A stretch of DNA of 64,000 nucleotides from Eledone cirrhosa (lineage: Eukaryota): assembly GCA_964016885.1 (NCBI GenBank), contig OZ024741.1, forward strand, positions 83,514,001-83,578,000, read 5' to 3'. The first letter of the stretch is position 1, and every line of letters begins with the position of its first letter. Made by a program: the position numbers and the translations under genes. A model generated the notes under the pieces. It was not told the DNA's origin, ran no database searches, and saw only the letters and a list, made by a program, of their open reading frames with translations. Of this stretch, positions 43,758 through 57,900 are shown one piece after another.

Positions 43758-43803
43758 TGCTCTGATGAGTCCCACTTATAGTGTGGATGAAACAATGTTA
43801 GCA
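43758..43803 (+). ncRNA. Type I hammerhead ribozyme
   Basis: tgct-CTGATGA-gtcccacttatagtgtggat-GAAA-caatg-TT-agca. Confidence 0.85.
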
Positions 43804-43941
43804 AGTAAAGATATGCATATGCTATAAGCGTTCTTTGTTATTTATTTATTATATTACGGCTCTGTCCTCAGACATTGAGCTAACCTCATACTGCCTGCTG
43901 GATAAGTGGAGTGTTATACACCCCTGATCCTTTCCCTAGCA

Positions 43942-43991
<50 letters not shown>

Positions 43992-43995
<4 letters not shown>

Positions 43996-44343
43996 AAAAA
44001 GAGATGAAATCGAAAATGCAACTGGAGTCTTATGTTTTTTTAAAATATATATATTCATTTGGTTCCGTTACCGGTTTCGCAGTTCTTCTGCTTTTCAAAA
44101 GGTGAGTTGAGATGGAGGGTCTGTGGTTTTTCTCACAGATGTAAGAAAAACCACAGACCCTCCATCTCAACTCACCTTTTGAAATGCAGAAGAACTGCGA
44201 AACCGGTAAAGGAACCAAATAAATATATATATTTTAAAAAAAAATAAGACTCCAGTTGCATTTTCGATTTCATCTCTTTTTCTCTATACTTTCACTCGTG
44301 TGGGACACCACGGTTATTTTTCATTTTGTAAAAAAAATCTCAC

Positions 44344-44351
<8 letters not shown>
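43992..44351. mobile_element. Fold-back HHR element, U3-A8 family (HHRs 44065-44102 minus and 44175-44212 plus)
   Basis: Inverted arms about ~44138; cctt-TTGAAA(A/T)-gcag aagaa ctgc-GAAA-ccgg-TA-aagg; (TA)n on both sides. Confidence 0.85.
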
Positions 44352-44424
<73 letters not shown>

Positions 44425-44547
44425 GATATATATACAACTGGTCTGTTGGAGACGCAGGACATGGCAGCGATAATGAGGGACAGAGACCGCAGGAGAGAAC
44501 TCGCCCATGGATCTCTTGAATTTTACCCGCCTTAGATAGATAGATAG

Positions 44548-45633
44548 ATTGTTATACTTTGCGAGGGTTTATGTTGCCAATAAGAAACATACGCACCCAT
44601 TGTTTCACTTCAATTTATTATAATAAATTCATAAATTTAGGAATTTATAAATTTCCGGTTGGTTGGTTGGTTCCACAACCAATGGGTTGTTTATATATTG
44701 TCAAAGTTCTTTCGTCACACATTCTGTGACCTCTTCAGTCACTGGTGATTCTTTTCTTTGTTTTTGTGCCTCTCCTTTTTTCTGTCCTACGCTATCTTGT
44801 TTCTGTGTGTGTGTTGTGTGCTCAGTCTGCGCATGCGCCACATCCGGGTGTCTCTGTGTGTTTATATTCGTTTATTTATTTGTTTATTTACATGTTACGG
44901 GTTGGTTGTTTGTTCTATGTGCGTGTGTGTTTTCATTTTGTCCTTAATTGTAAGTTGTGATGTTGCTGTTCCACTCATGTTTTCTATTTAATTTTGGTTG
45001 TAATTCTTTTATGTTTATTGCCTCTATGATTTGTCTAATTTACCCTTATGTTCTATTTTAGCATGTTGTTAGAGTACAGATGATTATTTACTATCTTGAA
45101 GGTCTCGCCAGTGTTCATTTATCCGTTCCCCTACACTACGAGCTGTCTCACCTATGTACACTATATTTTTGTCTCTACATTGTCCTTCAGTACATCTTAT
45201 GCTATATACTACATTTCTAGTTTTACAGTTAATATGGGGGCTTAATTTACAGGTTATACATTTCTTATCTATACAGGGAGGTCTTTGAAAAGGGTATGTC
45301 TTGCTAATAAGTGTTTTTATGGAGGTACCTGGTCTTTCTACTATCTTAATATTGTGTTTATGTTTATCTAGCGCCCTTCTAAATTTGTAAGCTAATTCAC
45401 CTTTAGGGGTTGTATCGATGAACATTACACTCTGGTATTTATTGCTATCATACCATGAGTTTATTCTATTAGCCTTATTCCTAGTTCTTTCTATTCTATT
45501 CCAAAATTTGCTCTTTAACAAGGGGCAGGTCCCATTTCTGTCATTATTTACCATTTTTTCCCATTTGGTTCTGGCTCCTCTATACACTCTGATTTTATCT
45601 CTCTGATTGTAACCAGAAAACTGCATACGGTGG
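44548..45633 (-). mobile_element. PLE 3' fragment of the second lineage (related to 54963-58676)
   Basis: RMQFSGYNQRD..CITCK..NCKTRNVVYSIRC..YIGETARS; 3' terminus aaccctcgcaaagtataac. Confidence 0.88.
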
Positions 45634-45670
45634 ATACAACATGAAGATAAGCGGTTATATAGTGCAAATG

Positions 45671-48600
45671 AAGATTTTGGATAAAATCATCCCACAAATT
45701 AAACACAAGATACACCTTAAACAATGGGGAAATACGGGTGAAGTCATTGAATGGTTCAAGGATATCAAGAATAATAAGAACAAAAAATTTATTCAATTTG
45801 ATATCAATTCGTACTACACCTCTATTTCCCCTATCCTATTAAATAAGGCACTTATCATGGCCATGACCAATAGCGACCTGACTAGAGCCCAGGTTGATGT
45901 CATCCTTGCGGCCCGTAAAACCATAATTACCTTTGAGGACCAACTATGGACACGCAAGGATACGCACAACAACTTCGACATAACCATGGGATCTAGTGAC
46001 TCGGCGCAGGTCACTGATTTGGTCGGCCTATACCTCCTCAATGAAATCCATAAGGACCTCCCTTACCTCAACGGTGGTTTGTACCGCGATGATGCACTTC
46101 TACTTATAGAATATAAAAAATTTAATATAGAAAGAACTAGAAAACAACTGCATAAGACATTCAAAAACTTTAACCTTAGTATCACCATGGACAAAAACAC
46201 TAAAAATGTTAACTTCCTAGACGCCACACTATACCTAGACTCAAAAATATATACACCTTTCCATAAGCCTAATGAGAAACTTATTTACGTAGATACCAAG
46301 TCTAATCACCCTAGATCAATATTAAACTCTATCTCTAAGGGGGTGTCCAATAGAATCTCTAGTCTGTCCTATGACGCAAACATATTTAGCAAAAACTCAC
46401 AATATTACAATCAAGCATTAGCTAGCTCCGGCCATAATATAGAAATTGAGTTCCTACCTAAGAAAACACATCATCTCGCACAACATGTCCATGAGGAAAT
46501 CTAATAATAGGAATACCAACCACAAGTACACCAAAGCGGAGGGTGCCACCAGAAGTAACCATTACCTGGGAACTACTGTGGGGCCTTAGGAGGAAGCAAC
46601 ACACCAAACACTAAAAGCAAAAATAGAAGAAGAAATAATACATTTTTCAACCCTCCTTTCAACCTTAATGTCTCCACCAACATACCTAGGGCTTTCTTCT
46701 CACTACTAGATAAAAACTTCCCTCTAGGACACAAGTACCACAACCTCTTAAACAAAAACACCATTAAAATCTCATACTCTACGACGCCTAACTTAGCATA
46801 CCACATAGCTAGCAGCAATAATAGTAAAATTAGTTCTTACTTCCAACAAACAAAATCACAACGGGATGCAAACCCTCTAAATACCACTGTAGCAAGCAAC
46901 CATAGCAACGGCAGTAACAATAGAAATAACACTAGTATAAGTAATAACACCAGGATTGTCAACCCGAACACCCAAAATCCTATATCTACCACACAGACTT
47001 CCGCATTTCATTATAACCAGCGGACTAACGCACAGGATAATTGTAACTGTAGAGCTAATAGAACCTGCCCTTTAGATAAAAAATGCCTAACCAAGGATGT
47101 CATATACTCATGCACCGTCACGACTAATAACTCTTCAGAAACCTATGTAGGCTCCACTTCTAACTGCTTCAAAATCAGATATAATTCGCACATCCACTCG
47201 TTCAAAAAGCACAGCCTAGCCAACTCCACCTCACTTTCTAGCTACATACACTATCTAAAATCTAAAAATAAACCATACACACTCAAATGGGAAGTGATAG
47301 GCAGCGCGACCTCGTACAAACCACCTAATAAATTCTGTAACCTCTGTATACTAGAGACACACAATATTATCTTCTCCAACCGTAACCTACTTAACAAAAA
47401 ATCTGAGGTGTTTGCAACTTGCCAGCACCGCCTCAGACATTCCTTCCAAAACTTTAAGCCCAATATATAGCAAGGTCGGACTGGAACCTAACACCACATC
47501 TAGCATCAAACACCAGAGACACACCTTATACTACATACCCAACACTAACTGATCCATTATAACACAAACAACGACATCCCTCTGGAACCCTTCGCAGGGA
47601 GAATACCCATTTATACCTCTACGGCAGGCGTGACAACATCCACCCACTTGAACGGCACTACACCGCTCTAAGGGTAATTTGAGCATGAATTGATCGGTCG
47701 GATAGTGTTGTGCAGAGGAAACACCTTCCTTAGACGGATGTAAAATGATTTAATCGAGTAGCGCTGTTGACCAGTAGGACCGGACTCCTGAGCGCAGTGA
47801 GTGAATGCATTGCAACTGCCGGGCGGGTTGTACGTATATGGATGATCTGACGGTCAGAGAGGGGTCGCGAGGACTGCGGATTGACCTTTGGTCGGCCTGG
47901 GGATGATTTTCTTTCGACATCAAATGTAGCAAGCGATGACCCAGATCTTACCAGAGATCATTGGGTCCTGAAGCAAGCCTGCAATCACCGCGCCTGGTCA
48001 TATGAGCAGACTACAACCACAGAGATCATTAATTTAGAATCCTCGCTCATCATCTATAATTTCCATTTGTGGCACCTTAAGATGGGTTAATCCACCATAA
48101 TAATATGACCACCTTCAGCATAACTTAATTAAACTACTCTATAGTTAATACACTTTATGCTTTAAAAATCTCTCTTGGAAGATGCGCATCACCATAGAAT
48201 TTAGAGTCTATATTGGGACACATTTTAATGGCTAGATATAGAAATCCCAGAGTTACCTCCCCGCACGCATTAACTCCCCTTTGCCACACACACACTTCCG
48301 GGCGGTATTCAATGGCGTTTCTAGAAACGTAACAACCTCCTGTATCGAACTAAAGAACACCAGACTACGATCTCTAACTGGATTGTCGTGGATTACGTGA
48401 AGGGCATATAATCGAAAAATACACTCCCCTGACCATGAAAATGCCGAAGTACATGAAATACTTGACATCCCTGCGCTGTGCATCTCCATTACTTATAACA
48501 CTTTTAATGCTTGCACTATCTTTAATGCTTATAATATTTCTCCACACACAGACTATATGAATCATATAAAGAATTTGCCACGAGATCTACCAACCTAACA

Positions 48601-49001
48601 CTCTTATTTACCTACCTCAGTGCCTCTACCACACATATCTCTCTGCCACAGTATATAAACAAGACGCACATGCGTGCCACACATATAACATTTGCACTAT
48701 ATAACCGCTTATCTTCATGTTGTATTTTAACCTATATTTTTGATTTTTGATTGTACCTATTAATATAAATGTAATCTCGAAGTGTGTACTGCCACTCTAA
48801 ATTCTGTAATGAATGTTGACCCACAATGTTTGAATATGTATCAATGTTTGAATATGTATTGGTATGTCTCTCGGCTGAAAGGGAGGTCATATAACTGTCC
48901 ATGCATTAATAAATTGCTCGGAAGAATCCAAACCTCGGTTTGGAGGAAACAGCTGTAAGCACAATAATGTTTTGAACAGTTCTTTGATTCTTATATTTCA
49001 T

Positions 49002-49010
<9 letters not shown>
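45671..49010 (+). mobile_element. Naiad-type PLE, 5'-truncated, one frameshift near 46480, long 3' UTR
   Basis: FIQFDINSYY, FDITMGS, GGLYRDDAL, FFNPPF, CNCRANRTCPL, YVGST, CNLCILE; stop ~47470. Confidence 0.92.
48915..48961 (+). ncRNA. Type I hammerhead ribozyme, position-4 variant (related copy 59423-59469)
   Basis: tgct-CGGAAGA-atccaaacc tc ggtttggag-GAAA-cagctg-TA-agca. Confidence 0.75.
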
Positions 49011-49039
<29 letters not shown>

Positions 49040-49047
49040 TATACATA

Positions 49048-49163
<116 letters not shown>

Positions 49164-49197
49164 CATATATATACATATATAAATATATATACATATA

Positions 49198-49257
<60 letters not shown>

Positions 49258-49310
49258 CATATATATATATACATATATATACATATATATGTATATATAT
49301 ATATATATAT

Positions 49311-49523
49311 ATGTGAGAAAAACCACAGACCCTCCATCTCAACTCACCTTTTGAAAAGCAGAAGAACTGCGAAACCGGTAAAGGAACCAAATAAATATAT
49401 ATATTTTAAAAAAAAATAAGACTTCAGTTGCATTTTCGATTTCATCTCTTTTTCTTTATACTTCCACTCGTGTAGGAGACCTCGGTTATTTTTCATTTTG
49501 TAAAAAAAAACCTCACTTTCTAA

Positions 49524-49525
<2 letters not shown>
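49311..49525 (+). mobile_element. Single-arm copy of U3-A8 HHR element (HHR 49347-49384)
   Basis: cctt-TTGAAAA-gcagaagaactgc-GAAA-ccgg-TA-aagg, embedded in (TA)n. Confidence 0.85.
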
Positions 49526-49557
<32 letters not shown>

Positions 49558-49585
49558 CATATATATATATACATATATATACATA

Positions 49586-49641
<56 letters not shown>

Positions 49642-49697
49642 TATGTATATATATGTATATATATATATGTATATATACATATATATGTATATATATG

Positions 49698-49748
<51 letters not shown>

Positions 49749-49974
49749 GTATATATATATATGTATATATATATATGGATATATATTGATAAATGGAAAA
49801 GAAAATGCTGACAAATTGTTCACAGTGAAAAATAGTTTAATTAGGAATAAGTGAGAATTAGTAATATTATTGGTTAGTATTCAGTTTGGGTTTTAAGTTT
49901 TACCGGTTGCGCATTTCTAAAGCTTTTCAAAAATAATTTTGAGATAGAGCGTCCATGATGTTTGCTCTGATCTG

Positions 49975-50006
<32 letters not shown>

Positions 50007-50269
50007 CATGTTTATATATATATATATATACATGTATATATATATATATACATATATACATATATATATACATATATATATACATATATATATACATATA
50101 TATATAAATATATATATATATACATATATATATAGACATATAAATATATATATATATATATATATAAATATATATATACATATATATACATATATATATA
50201 TTAGAAAATATATAGCTTTCACCGTATTTTTAACTAAAGGAATTTTAGCTTGATAACGGGGTTTAGAAA

Positions 50270-50625
50270 TCAAGAAACTATTATTCCTATCGCAAACAAC
50301 TTCTCCAATCCAATTCCTTCTATAGATAACACTAGGTCACTCATTAATAATCTCTCTAATTGCAATTGCAATTGCCCTATTAAAAATAAATGTCCTCTCA
50401 ACAACCATTGTCTTGATAAAAACTTAATTTACGAATGTAAAGTTATAACTGACACCAATTCCTTCACCTATTTTGGCTCCACTTCCACCTCTTTTAAAGC
50501 TCGTCTTTATAACCATCATTTTTTTTTTTTAATACAAACTTAAAAGAACCAACACGGCTCTCTCAGAACTCATATGGTCCTTGAAAGACAAAAACATTAA
50601 ATATAGCATCTTTTGGAGGAACGTT
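50270..50625 (+). mobile_element. Naiad-type PLE GIY-YIG fragment
   Basis: NCNCNCPIKNKCPLNNHCLDKNLIYEC..YFGSTSTSFKARLYNH. Confidence 0.85.
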
Positions 50626-51924
50626 TCTTCTACCGATGTTCTTATTGAGATATCTTAAACTTTGGAGATTTTACTTAAACCATAGCTAATTTTGTATTGA
50701 CTTATTATATATTTTAAATACTTGCAATATTAATTAATTTAATAGGGTTTTCTAGTCATTTATCGGGGTTTGTTTCCTAATTTTTTTTACTTAACTGCTT
50801 GTGACACCTAAGTAAATATTTTTGTTTTTGTTTTTCGATTTCCGGTTGATTTTATTTATATTTTTTACTACTGTGCGTAGTTTCTGTCTGGTTCTTATTC
50901 ACTTATTCACATATGTCTGTCTACCAACCATGTAATTATGTATATTATACTATGTTCATTATTTGATATTGAAGTTGTTATATCATATCACTCTATGTAA
51001 TGGTACTATTGATCTGAAATATTTACCGATTATTCGATGTACCCTTATGTTAAATTTTGTAAATTATGTAATATGTTTATATTTTTATAATTTTTGTAAT
51101 GTTTAGATAATATTTATTTATACCTATTGTATAAAAACTTGACCTCCGTCTGTTTTCTTACAACGGTATAGATATTTTTCCAGCACAATTTTTCCAACAC
51201 AATTTAGTTCTGTATGATATGTTTTTCTCACCCTGTGTGTAACTTTATATGATGTGTTAAGCTATATGCACATATATTATAATATTGTTATTATAGTGTT
51301 ATTGTAATATTTATACTGTTTGTGCAAATTGACCGGAGATTATTAATTATATAATTATATAGTATATTATATTTTATATGTTTACTTTTACTCATTTATT
51401 TATCATTTTATACTGTAAATAGTATATGTATTATTTATTTATTTATTTTTTTTTTTTTAAATTTATTTATTTATTTATTTATTTATTTTTTTATTTAAAC
51501 TCTTAATAGGTGTTTGTTTGTCTTTGTATTGATGGATATGTGTATTTATATATATATGTATATATATATGTGTACATATGTATATATATATGTATGTTTA
51601 TTGCGCCTTTTAATATTATTATTATTATCATTATCAATCATATTATATTATATTATATTATATTATATTATATTATATTATATTATATTATATTATATTA
51701 TATTTAGTACTGTAATTCTCGCTTTATATCACCACTTGTGTTTAGCTTTAGTTTTTGCATTGTACTATATTTGTAATATGGTTCAAAATGTTATTCACTT
51801 CCTTAGCAATTTTTACTTGATAATTTTTACTTGATAATTTTCCTATGCTTTAATGTATGTATACTCCATATTCTTCTGAGTTTTTGGCTTGTATTGGCCG
51901 ATAGTGCTTCTTATAGCTTTACTT

Positions 51925-51962
51925 GCCCTTATGAGTCCTTAATAGGACGAAACATTGTTGGC
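51925..51962 (+). ncRNA. Hammerhead ribozyme relic (G5 mutated)
   Basis: gcc-CTTATGA-gtcct taat aggac-GAAA-cattg-TT-ggc. Confidence 0.65.
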
Positions 51963-52427
51963 TAATAAAGACTTTTGATGTATTGAAGGATTCTTTGGTT
52001 TATTTTCTTAATTCTTCGGCTCTGTTTAATTACATTGAGCTTTACTGTCATTTCTATAATATGAAGAGGGTGTTTAACTCCAACACACTCAAGTATTATA
52101 ATTCTTATATATATATACATGAATTAGTTTTGCGAGGTTTTTTATATGCGAGGTTTTTTACAATTCAACAGGAGGAAACAATAGTACCACTGACGTTGTT
52201 GCAGATGTGCAACGAAAGATTTGTGATAAACTATATATATGTGTTTGTGTCTATATTGTATCTGTATTATTTGTGACCGTCGGTCAGTCAATGGCAACAC
52301 TGAGGACCGAGTATATTAGATTACCGATATAAAAGACACAGAAGCGAAAAGCGAAAACCAACCAAACTGTGAGGGTGTTCTGTTATTAATTATGGGAATA
52401 TTACACAAATATGACCCTCCCCTATAT

Positions 52428-52525
<98 letters not shown>

Positions 52526-52579
52526 GTATATATATATACGGATCAGAGCAAACAGCACGGACACTCTATCTCAAAATTA

Positions 52580-52618
52580 TTTTTGAAAAGCATTTAGAAA
52601 TGCGCAACCGGTAAAAAA
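52580..52618 (+). ncRNA. HHR-like motif with U3-A8 core and GCAA in place of GAAA
   Basis: ttt-TTGAAAA-gcatt taga aatgc-GCAA-ccgg-TA-aaa; also 49897-49934 and 13556-13596 on minus. Confidence 0.55.
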
Positions 52619-52783
52619 CTTAAAAACTTAAAACCACAACTCAATACTAACCCATACAATCACTAATACTCTTTTATTCCTAATTAAACCATTTTTCAAC
52701 TGTGAACAATTTGTCAGCATTTTCTATTCCGTTTACCAATATATATAAATGTATATATATATATATAAATATATATATATACG

Positions 52784-53360
<577 letters not shown>

Positions 53361-53405
53361 ATATATATATATATATATACATATATATATGTATATATAT
53401 ATATG

Positions 53406-53439
<34 letters not shown>

Positions 53440-53583
53440 TATGTATATATAAATATGTATATATATATATGTATATATATATATCTATATATATATATAT
53501 GTATATATATATATGTATATATATATATATGTATATATATGTATATATATATGTATATATATATATATGTATATATATATATG

Positions 53584-53614
<31 letters not shown>

Positions 53615-53737
53615 GTATATATATGTATATATATATACATAAATATATATATGTATATATATATATATGTATATATATATGTATATATATATATATGTAT
53701 ATATATATATGTATATATATAAATGTATATATATATC

Positions 53738-54045
53738 GTTTCTGAATTTGTTTAGCAAGATTCTTTATCTGAAATCGTGTGTTGAAACCGATATTGTTAT
53801 ACTTTGGGAGGGTCATGTTGCCAATAAGAAACACACGCACCAGTTGCTTTCACTTGTGTGTGACGAAAGAACTATGACTATATATATATAAACAACTATC
53901 TGGTTGTGGAACCAACCAACCAACCAGAAATTTATTGATTTATAAATTTGTAAACTTATAAATATTTAATAAATTAAATTGAAGTGAAAGCAACTGGTGC
54001 GTGTGTTTCTTATTGGCAACATGACCCTCCCAAAGTATAACAATA
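53738..54045. mobile_element. Fold-back of PLE 3' tail (second lineage)
   Basis: 53791-53855 inverted to 53982-54046; matches tail at 44548-44720. Confidence 0.78.
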
Positions 54046-54047
54046 TG

Positions 54048-54078
<31 letters not shown>

Positions 54079-54113
54079 GTATATATATATATGTATATGT
54101 GTATATATATATG

Positions 54114-54144
<31 letters not shown>

Positions 54145-54159
54145 GTATATATATATATG

Positions 54160-54190
<31 letters not shown>

Positions 54191-54191
54191 C

Positions 54192-54236
<45 letters not shown>

Positions 54237-54301
54237 GTATATATATATATGTATATGTATATATATATATGTATATATATATATAAGTATATATATGTAT
54301 A

Positions 54302-54900
54302 TCTCTTTTACTCTTTTACTCTTTTACCTGTTTCAGCCATCCGGCTGGGGCCATGCTGGGGCACCGCCCTTGTTGCTACACATTTTATCTCCAGCCTGTA
54401 TATGTTGGCCACTTGTGTAGGAGAGTGTTTGTTGCTGCTGCCCTTAGGTTTCCCTCGTGTCTTGCTGTGGGCTCATCCGGGATCCTGGATAACAAGGTGT
54501 CGAGATGTTTCTTAAAGACATCCACCTCCACGTCATGCAAGTCTCTCAGATGCCTCGGCAGTCTGTTGAAGAGTTGAGGGCCCTTGAATCCCAGGCTATT
54601 GCAATACCTGCTCCTTATTCTAGATGTGGAAGACGGGAACTTTGGCACCACACAGTGACGTCCTGTTCGACGGTTGGTCCAGCTACCAATGCCAAAGTTT
54701 GGTGCTAGTCCCTCCAGGATTTTCCACATGTAGATCACTGCGTATCTCTCCCGTCTTCGCTCCAAGGAGTAGAGGTTCAGTTCCTTTAGCCTCTCCCAGT
54801 AGCTTGTCTCCCTCATCTTGGCAATCCTCTTGGTGTAGCTTCGCTGGATTGCCTCAAGCTCCGTGGTTAGTTTGACACTATGGGGTGACCACAGCTGGGA
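54302..54900 (-). mobile_element. CR1-group LINE 3' fragment with (AAAAGAGT)n tail
   Basis: Near-identical reverse complement of 62053-62650. Confidence 0.92.
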
Positions 54901-54918
54901 GGGTTAATCTTTTTGTAG

Positions 54919-57900
54919 ATGGCAAATTTTGGTGGTAACCGTAGGATTTGTTGTTCTTGTTCTAAACTACAAGAAAGGAAAACCGAATATTCTCAAAAAT
55001 ACCCAGATAACATCGACAATATCCGTATGACTGATGTAAAACTACCGGAAGAATTTACCAATGACCACACAGTAAATATCTATGGGAACACTTTAATCAT
55101 CGAACAAGAACAACAAATCCTACGGTTACCACCAAAATTTGCCATCTACAAAAAGATTAACCCTATGGAGTGCAAAACGGGGCTGGAAAAGTGTTTCACA
55201 AAAATATGTTGGAATGCAAAGGTAAACAACAACAACAATAATAACGGTAGTAGTAATATAAACAATAACTCTGGGTATAGAAATAACAGCCATAACCATA
55301 ACAATGGCAGGAAAGTGAGAAATAGTGATAATGGCAATAATACTAGCGATAGACGGAACAACAACAACCACAATAATAATAATAATAGAAACGTTAACCA
55401 CAGACACAGCAACAGTGACCACAGTAGTAATAACGGTAACAATAAGAACAACAACAACAATAACCACAGTGGTAATAATGGAAATAGTACATGTAGCAAC
55501 ATCAACAAAAACAAGAAACATAATAATAGTAACAACCACAATGGTAGAAATAACAGTAACAACAACAATAACGGTGAAGTAAACAACCACAATGGTAGAA
55601 ATAACAGTAACAACAACAACAATAACGGTGAAGTAAACAACAATACATCTAGCAATCATAACAATAATAATAATGCTAATGATAGAAACAACAACAACAA
55701 TAACAACACACACAACTATGACGATAGATATAATGACAACCCCTTGGAGAAACTATTTTTCAACCCAGCTGACAAAACATATAAGATGGGTAATATCTAT
55801 CCTACGAGGTTACCCTTTAATAAAAGAGTTTGCATACCACAGCAAATAGATGACGAGACGGAGGCACAGTTCACCATAGCTAGAAATAAGATTAGACAAG
55901 TAGTAGACAGGTATACTAAGAGACAGAGCAGACCAGAGGCCCAACAACTTGGGAGAAAACCTGTAGAAGGCTTGGTTAGCCTCAAGCAGCGCACAAGGGA
56001 TGTTGAGGTAGTGTGTCTACCCACAGATAAGTCTGGTAGGATGTCAATAGATAGCATGCCGAACTACATCGAGGCTATGCAACCCCACATCACCAACACG
56101 AGCGAAGTTGCACAACAAACACACGATGGGAGGGAAAACATCCTCAACGCTCACATGATGATGTGGACTGACATCCTAAAGCCAAGCAGACGCACTGCCA
56201 ACAACTTCCAGGCGTCTAACAATGGCATACCACCCTTGTATGGGCTCCGCAAAGACCACAAGACAGTCAACGACCCGACAACAGGACCACCAACAAGACC
56301 CGTATGCGGAGCTAATAAAGCTAGCAACTACAGGATCTCCTACTTTCTCTCAATGGTTATACGCCCCATAATCAAGATGTCCCCAGATGTATGTGAAAGT
56401 ACAGAGGACCTCCTCAGCAGAATCAGTGAGTGCAACAAAAACAGGAGCCTATCCAACTGCATAATAGGCAGCATGGATGTGGTGTCACTGTACCCATCCA
56501 TTAACATCGATTTTGCTGTGAAAAGATGTGTGGAGATGATCATTGAGAGTGAGGTGGAGTTCTGCGACGTCGACACAGACGAACTGGGCCTCCTACTTAG
56601 ACTTACCTACGACACTGACTACCTAGACAGCCATGACCTTAGATGTTTCTGCCCTAGTAGACCTATAAGAGGTAGACCCCCCACCATAACCTCAATGGCT
56701 AAAAAGACTCGCATAGGAAGGTGGATTGGGTGGACCAAAGCTATACGGACCCCCCAAAACACTGATCAGGTAAGAAAAATGGTCGCACATGCAATAGGGG
56801 CTAGTATCAAAACTACCCTAAAGGGCCACATATTTAAGTTCAATGAGAAAATCTACACCCAAAATGAGGGAGCGGCCATCGGCGTCAGCATAGCTGGTGA
56901 TGTTGCCAAACTTTTCATGGTATGGTGGGAAAGGAGACTTAAAGATCTGCTTAATGAAAGCTCCATAGACCTCATCATGTACTCTCGTTATGTAGACGAT
57001 ATCAATATAGTTATAAGAACACCCCCACTAGAGAGCACTAACAAGTTTGAGTTAGAACGTAGCACGATGGAAAGCATCCAGCAGATAGCTAATTCCATAC
57101 ACCAGAGTATAACTGTACCTATCGACTTCCCTTCCAAACACCCTAACAATAGACTACCTGTTTTAGACACAGAACTCTGGATTAACACTATAGACGAGAG
57201 AGCCCAAATTCTCCACTCACACTATGCTAAACCCATGGCCTCCAAATACCTGATACTCAAAAACTCAGCAATGTCCAGTAGTGCTAAGTTTAATATTCTG
57301 ATCGCAGATTTGGTACGAGTGATGAAGAATGTGTCCAGCATGTGCGACCCAACAGAAATGGAAGGACACATCCAACACTTCATCAACCGCATGCAGTTCT
57401 CTGGCTACAACCAAAGAGACAGAGTCAGAGTATACGAAGGAGCCATGGAAAAGTATAAGACCCTCATAGAACTGAACATGAAAGGAATTTGCCCACTATA
57501 CAGCAGCAAATCATGGAATAGCTTAGATAGGGCTAGACATAAGATAGGGAAAGCCACCTCATGGTACGACAACCAGAGATATCAGAGTGTCATGTTTGTG
57601 GACGCCACCCCTGGAGGGAAATTAGCTAACCAGTGTAGAAAGGCCCTGAGAAAGACCCACTTAAAAATAAAGGTGGTAGAAAAGCTAGGAACCACCATAA
57701 AATCCCTGATCAGCAAAACCTACCCTTTTAAGAAAACCCACTGTACCAATAGGAAATGTATCATATGTAAGGTGAACCCCCGGATAAACTGTAAAACTAG
57801 AAACGTAGTCTATAGCATAAGATGTACAGAGGGTACTTGCAGAAACATGACAACAACATACTTAGGTGAGACAGCTCGTAGCATAGGTGAAAGGATAGAC

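Larger units (their letters stand above)
39913..43945 (+). mobile_element. PLE 3' fragment with ~1.1-kb inverted pseudo-LTR
   Basis: 39913-41003 is the reverse complement of ~42745-43855; GIY-YIG fragment 41003-41364 (TYIGSTSTPFKTRF, CNLCLAE, SSCPH). Confidence 0.88.

Noticed and set aside
55126-55713. Hydrophobic Val/Leu-rich antisense ORFs resembling membrane proteins
   Set aside because: Antisense shadow of the (AAC/AAT)n Asn-rich tract
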